IMG/VR virus record: IMGVR_UViG_3300021255_000060
Span: 126,961-167,986 of that record
Length of the DNA stretch: 41,026 nucleotides
Strand: one strand, 5' to 3'
DNA from: a virus
Lineage: Duplodnaviria > Heunggongvirae > Uroviricota > Caudoviricetes
This document shows, piece by piece, positions 36,929 to 41,026 of the stretch. Position numbers and translations under genes: made by a program. The notes beneath the pieces are model-generated. The model was not told where the DNA came from and searched no databases. It saw only the letters and a program-made list of their open reading frames with translations. The stretch's first letter is position 1, and the number at the start of each line of letters is the position of its first letter.

Positions 36929-37356
36929 TGATAGTTCAGGAATTCTACCTTGAGGATTGGGATTGATATGTAATTGTATATTACGCAGTTGATACATATT
37001 ATGTAAGTGAGATATTAGGTGAATTGGAAGAAATTGGCTGTTCAGAATACGAGTTAAAAGAAGCAGAGAAAAATTTAATGACAGCAAGATATAATATAGG
37101 ATTAACTTATTCCAACCTCAAGGTTAGATGTTCTGTTGTCGTTATAGGATTAACTTCGTCTCCTGCACAATTTCAAAATACCTTTGATCATGAAAAAGGT
37201 CATTTAGCTATGCACATTTGTATTGAATCAGATATTGATCCATTCTCTGAAGAATATCAGTATTTGACTGGAGAAATCGGACAACAAATGTTTCCAGTAG
37301 CTAAAAACTTTCTTTGTGAACATTGTAGATTAAAATTAAAGGGTGAGGACAATTAG
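36928..37356 (+). CDS. HExxH putative zinc-metallopeptidase-like protein, 142 aa with TGA=Trp (cassette gene 6)
   Basis: ATG 36928, one TGA (WDW); TFDHEKGHLAMH with a downstream PFSEE Glu. Confidence 0.72.
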
Positions 37357-37372
37357 TCTTCACCTTTTTTTT
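37339..37372 (+). terminator. Rho-independent terminator closing the six-gene cassette
   Basis: AAGGGTGAGGAC-aatta-GTCTTCACCTTT plus a T run; overlaps the TAG of the last gene. Confidence 0.85.
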
Positions 37373-37402
37373 GTTTTATCAAATTTTATTTGTATATTTG
37401 CG
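37370..37402 (+). promoter_or_regulatory. Bacteroidota sigma70-type promoter (-33 TTTG, 19-nt spacer, -7 TATATTTG)
   Basis: TTTG 37370-37373, TATATTTG 37393-37400, ATG at 37425. Confidence 0.82.
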
Positions 37403-37424
37403 CCGAATGTAAAATATTAAAACT

Positions 37425-37688
37425 ATGATAGACCAAAATAATATTGATTTCGATAAACTAAAAGGATTTGATACCTATCCAACTGCTGAAGAGGTAGAAA
37501 ACTTTCCTACAATAAAATATACAGTATGAGATAAATTGAAGCAAGCAATAAGAAAATTGCTTCCTCCTGAAAATGTAAAGAGAGGTAGAAATTGACATAT
37601 GTATCCTGGCATTAACCTAAATGGTCCGCCACAATTTTATGAAAATGGAGCGAAAGTTAAAACGAAAGATTTGTTTAATATTTATTAA
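37425..37688 (+). CDS. Hypothetical protein, 87 aa with TGA=Trp
   Basis: ATG after a promoter, two in-frame TGA, TAA 37686-37688. Confidence 0.6.
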
Positions 37689-38037
37689 ATATTCACCTTG
37701 AGTCATTGGCTTATATTATTTAGTTCTTAGTATTTTATCTTGCTATGGTATAAATTTATTTATATTTAATGAAATATTCGGAATTACGGCAATAACAATT
37801 TTATTAGTTACATGTTTATCGTTAATTCTAGAGTTTTGTATATGGCATAGATTACCATTATATTATTCTAGTTTGATTGAGATTATTAATGGAATAGATT
37901 ATTATCTAACAATACCATTATCAAATAAATTTATGCTTATAATATACTTAATAATATTTGGAATATTTATATTGATTGGTGCATATACTAAAAATAAGAA
38001 CAATGTCAAAAGAAAAAGAAGTAATACATCTATTTAA
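37645..38037 (+). CDS. Small multi-pass membrane protein (~4 hydrophobic segments), ~130 aa with TGA=Trp
   Basis: Missing from the ORF track because of TGA 37699. Basic N- and C-termini flank hydrophobic stretches; start could also be 37621 or 37639. Confidence 0.72.
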
Positions 38038-38281
38038 ACATATAATTAAAGAAATAGATTGTGGTAATTCCAAAGTAGATGAAGATGGATATGATTTAAT
38101 TCTTGATTCTATAAACAAAATAACTAATACTAAAAATAAACTAAGCAAATATCAAGCTTGTCAAAAGTTAGGAATTAGTAGAGCAACATTTGATAATAGA
38201 GTTAAGGATGGTAAGATTCCAAAAGGTAGAAAAGAACCTGGATTTAAAGAATTGTTTTGATATGAACAAGATTTACAATAA
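38003..38281 (+). CDS. AlpA/excisionase-like helix-turn-helix DNA-binding protein, 92 aa with TGA=Trp
   Basis: LSKYQACQKLGISRATFDNRVKDGKIPKG...LFW is a typical Xis/AlpA winged-HTH pattern. Confidence 0.78.
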
Positions 38282-38606
38282 ATACATATTGTATTTGGCA
38301 TTAGGATTGATTGTATTTTTAATTTTATTTATAAATCAATCAAGATATAATCGACTACAAAATAAATACAATAGATTAAAAATTGAATCTATTGAACAAA
38401 TTGATTCTCTAACATACATTAATAGAGAACACATGAAAAAGATTTCTGAATTTGAATTAGAAATTAATGAATTGGAAAATACAGTTGATTCCTTAGAACA
38501 AGTTAAGAATAAAATAATAATAAAAAAGGATCAAGTAATTGTTTCTTCTACTATTTCAGAAGGTGTACAACAACTTAAAGATAATTTGGAAAGATGAAAA
38601 GACTAA
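38262..38606 (+). CDS. N-terminal TM + coiled-coil protein (inner-membrane spanin-like), ~114 aa (ends 38597 if TGA is a stop)
   Basis: YILYLALGLIVFLILFI followed by heptads; ATGA overlap with the next gene. Confidence 0.62.
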
Positions 38607-39022
38607 TTACATTTTTATTATTATTTGTTTCTATAATCTGTTCTGCACAACTCCCAAGTGAAATTAAACATGTAGAAATTGTATCAGAAGTAGCAGATAC
38701 AATGATAGTACTAAATAAAATTGATTTGGATAAAATCAATACTGCTTTTTACATGTTAGATGCTTATGATTCATTAAATGTTGTTAGTGAAGAAATGATT
38801 TCTACATTAAAAGTCATAAATAATAACTTGGAAAATGTTATTGAGCAGCAAAAGTATGTAATAGATAATCAAGAAATTCAAATAAAGACAATAAATAGCA
38901 AAAATAAAGATGTTATCTCCGATTTAGAGAAACAAGTAAAGAGAGCAAATAGATGAAAAGCATTTTGAGAAGGAACAACTGGAGTTAGTGTAATTGCAGT
39001 AATTTTACTTGCAATTTTCTAA
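38594..39022 (+). CDS. Signal peptide + coiled coil + C-terminal TM protein (spanin-like), 142 aa with TGA=Trp
   Basis: MKRLITFLLLFVSIICSAQ signal; two TGA (RWKAFW) precede the TM segment GVSVIAVILLAIF*. Confidence 0.62.
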
Positions 39023-39024
39023 AT

Positions 39025-39057
39025 TTTGTTTTTAAAAAATATTTTTGTATATTTGCG
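39025..39057 (+). promoter_or_regulatory. Bacteroidota sigma70-type promoter upstream of the scaffold-like/MCP operon
   Basis: TTTG 39025-39028, 19-nt spacer, TATATTTG 39048-39055, ATG at 39088. Confidence 0.82.
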
Positions 39058-39087
39058 AAGTTTTATTAAAAGTGAACTAATAAGATT

Positions 39088-40200
39088 ATGGAATTTGATG
39101 AAAATTATTCAATTGAATCGCTATTAAGCGATGATGACATTCATGTGGATGAACCATATGCAGAAGATGAAGTAGTAGATTCTGACCCTCTTGGTCTAAA
39201 TGATATTTCGTCTAATGATGATAGTTCTCCTGAAGTAAAAGAAGATCCTTCAGAAGAAGTAGACGACAAATCTTCAGATTTTATATCATCATATCTGAAA
39301 GAATATGGTATTGATGATCCAAGTAAAATTAAATTTGAAAACGAATCTGGAGAAATCGAAGAAGTTGATTTTAATTCTTTATCTGACGAAGATAAATTAA
39401 ATATATTTAAAGAACTGTCTAATCCTGGATATACAGATTATGAAAAAGAAGTTATCAATTACCTACGTACAAATAATGTAACTCTTGATAAACTTATTGA
39501 ATATTATCAAGAACAGGCAATTGAATCTTACCTAAAGGATAATCCAGAAGCCAGACATGAAAAGACATATCAAATAGATGATTATTCAGATGATGAATTG
39601 TATTTAGCAGATTTAAAAACAAAATTCCCAGATTTTACAGATGAAGAACTAATATCTAAGTTGGATTCTGCTAAATTGAATGAAGAGCTATTTGAAAAAG
39701 AAGTTACTGCAATTAGAGCACAATATAAACAACAAGAAGAAGAATATATTGCAGAACAAGAAAGGTTGCAAGAACAAAGTTATCAAGAATTGGAAAATAA
39801 CCTTCAGCAAAGCATGAATAATTTTACAGAAATTTTGCTTGACCACGAAGATCCAAAATCCGATTCTATTGAGATAGAAGATGCAGATAGGACAGATATG
39901 ATGAGATATTTACTTGAAAGAGATAAAGACGGAAAGAGTCAATTAGTTAGAGATTTAGAAGATCCAAATGCTTTAATTGAAATTGCTTATTATCGTACTA
40001 GAGAGCGCGATAATCTTACTGGCTTAACAAGATATTGGAAACAAGAGCTTGCAAATGAACGTAAAGAAAAGGCAAAATTACAGAAAGAATTGGATAAGCT
40101 TAAGAATAAAGGAAATGATTCGTTTGTGGTAACTAAGCCGCAAAAGCCAAGTACTAAATCTGATAAAAAACCTAAAACTGTATTTGACATTTACGGTTAG
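39088..40200 (+). CDS. Acidic crAss-like protein upstream of MCP (putative scaffold/assembly protein), 370 aa
   Basis: Clean ORF, very D/E-rich with coiled coils and a basic tail. Role inferred from position directly before the MCP. Confidence 0.78.
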   Translation: MEFDENYSIESLLSDDDIHVDEPYAEDEVVDSDPLGLNDISSNDDSSPEVKEDPSEEVDDKSSDFISSYLKEYGIDDPSKIKFENESGEIEEVDFNSLSDEDKLNIFKELSNPGYTDYEKEVINYLRTNNVTLDKLIEYYQEQAIESYLKDNPEARHEKTYQIDDYSDDELYLADLKTKFPDFTDEELISKLDSAKLNEELFEKEVTAIRAQYKQQEEEYIAEQERLQEQSYQELENNLQQSMNNFTEILLDHEDPKSDSIEIEDADRTDMMRYLLERDKDGKSQLVRDLEDPNALIEIAYYRTRERDNLTGLTRYWKQELANERKEKAKLQKELDKLKNKGNDSFVVTKPQKPSTKSDKKPKTVFDIYG

Positions 40201-40236
40201 TTGATTATTATAAATTTTTAAAAACTAATAAAAATT

Positions 40237-41026
40237 ATGAGAATATCTGGTTTTACAACTATTCGTCCTAATCAGGCAGAAACTCGTACATATGAAGACT
40301 TTATGCATTTTCTTGGAGTTAAACCTGCTAGACTTGGACTTGTTTCTACTCTATATGATCAGTATACTATTACTCATCTTACAGAGGCACTTCAAAACAT
40401 TTATACAAAGGGTAAAGCAAAGGAAGGATTTAAGAGTGTTGATTCTTTCGTAGTTGAATGGGAAATCGCTGTTAATCGTATTAAGAGAGTTCCTATTCTT
40501 CGCGTAGAAGGTGATGGATGCAATGGCTCTGATATTCTTTTCTATTTCCCTGAGAATTATTATCAGAAATTTGATACTTTTATCATTGAGAAAACCCGTG
40601 ACCTTATCATTGTTATGAATCGTCCTCAACGCCTTCGTGACAATGAGTTCCTTGTAATCGGTAAGATCAATGACTCTGATTATACTTCCGCTATTGTTCC
40701 TGGTGAACTTACTGGTGCAATGACTCGTTTCATCACTAACTATATGCCAGAAATGCACGAGGAAGGTTATACTCGTTATCAGAGCAATACTGAAAAGCAC
40801 AGAACATTTATCGCAACACATCGTGTTGATGTAGATATGTCTGCTATGTACAAACCGCTCGAGGATGTATTCATCCAGATTGGTTCTGGTAAGGATGGCG
40901 GTAAAGACGACCCTGTGTTTACACTTAAGAAAGCTGAACAGCAAGCTATTGACAACTTCATTGAAGCTCGTGATATGGCTATGGTTTGGGGTAAATCCAA
41001 TGTTGATGTAAACGGAAAACCTAAGA
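40237..41026 (+). CDS. Major capsid protein (5' part; runs off the window end)
   Basis: ATG 40237, open to the end. crAss-MCP-like MRISGFTT.RP...TRTYEDFMHFLG, FVVEW, FPENYYQKFD, EMHEEGYTRYQSNTEKHR, WGKSN; strong codon bias. Confidence 0.9.
   Translation, partial: MRISGFTTIRPNQAETRTYEDFMHFLGVKPARLGLVSTLYDQYTITHLTEALQNIYTKGKAKEGFKSVDSFVVEWEIAVNRIKRVPILRVEGDGCNGSDILFYFPENYYQKFDTFIIEKTRDLIIVMNRPQRLRDNEFLVIGKINDSDYTSAIVPGELTGAMTRFITNYMPEMHEEGYTRYQSNTEKHRTFIATHRVDVDMSAMYKPLEDVFIQIGSGKDGGKDDPVFTLKKAEQQAIDNFIEARDMAMVWGKSNVDVNGKPK

Larger units (their letters stand above)
1..41026 (+). other. Crassvirales (crAss-like) phage late/structural gene region using TGA=Trp
   Basis: crAss-type TerL, portal and MCP sequences; all genes co-oriented. 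ORFs are broken only by in-frame TGA at Trp-expected positions. Bacteroidota-type TAnnTTTG promoters and mostly AT-rich, SD-less start regions. Confidence 0.93.

Noticed and set aside
795-40200. TAG-to-Gln recoding, as in other crAss-like phages
   Set aside because: TAG ends genes right before the next start (797, 6334, 25905, 37356, 40200) and never interrupts the reconstructed ORFs.
40351-41000. Minus-strand ORFs 40351-40944 and 40779-41000, and other minus-strand or off-frame ORFs in the track
   Set aside because: They are shadows of strongly biased plus-strand genes (here the MCP), with no motifs or expression signals of their own.
1-41026. Suppressor tRNA-Trp(UCA) gene
   Set aside because: Intergenic gaps are short and none folds into a recognisable cloverleaf; a tRNAscan/ARAGORN run on the full genome is needed.

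Overview
This window is the late/structural region of a Crassvirales (crAss-like) phage, probably infecting a Bacteroidota host. All genes I can support are on the + strand. TGA is read as Trp (code 4-like), while TAA and TAG remain stops; with that code the fragmented ORF track collapses into about 30 tightly packed genes. Order: terminase large subunit, portal, two small genes, two giant putative virion proteins (1519 aa lamin-tail + purple-acid-phosphatase-like; 2653 aa CotH-kinase-like + LRR), then a mosaic tail-fibre/spike cluster (19.1-34.2 kb). That cluster includes a small nucleotidyltransferase-like gene, a fibre ending in a circularly permuted D-Ala-D-Ala peptidase (PBP/S11) domain and a fibre ending in a metallophosphoesterase. 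Next come an insulated six-gene cassette of unknown function (34.5-37.4 kb), membrane/HTH/spanin-like genes, a scaffold-like acidic protein and the 5' part of the major capsid protein gene. All product calls come from manual translation and motif recognition; no database search was run. No tRNA, rRNA, CRISPR array, intron or intein was recognised.
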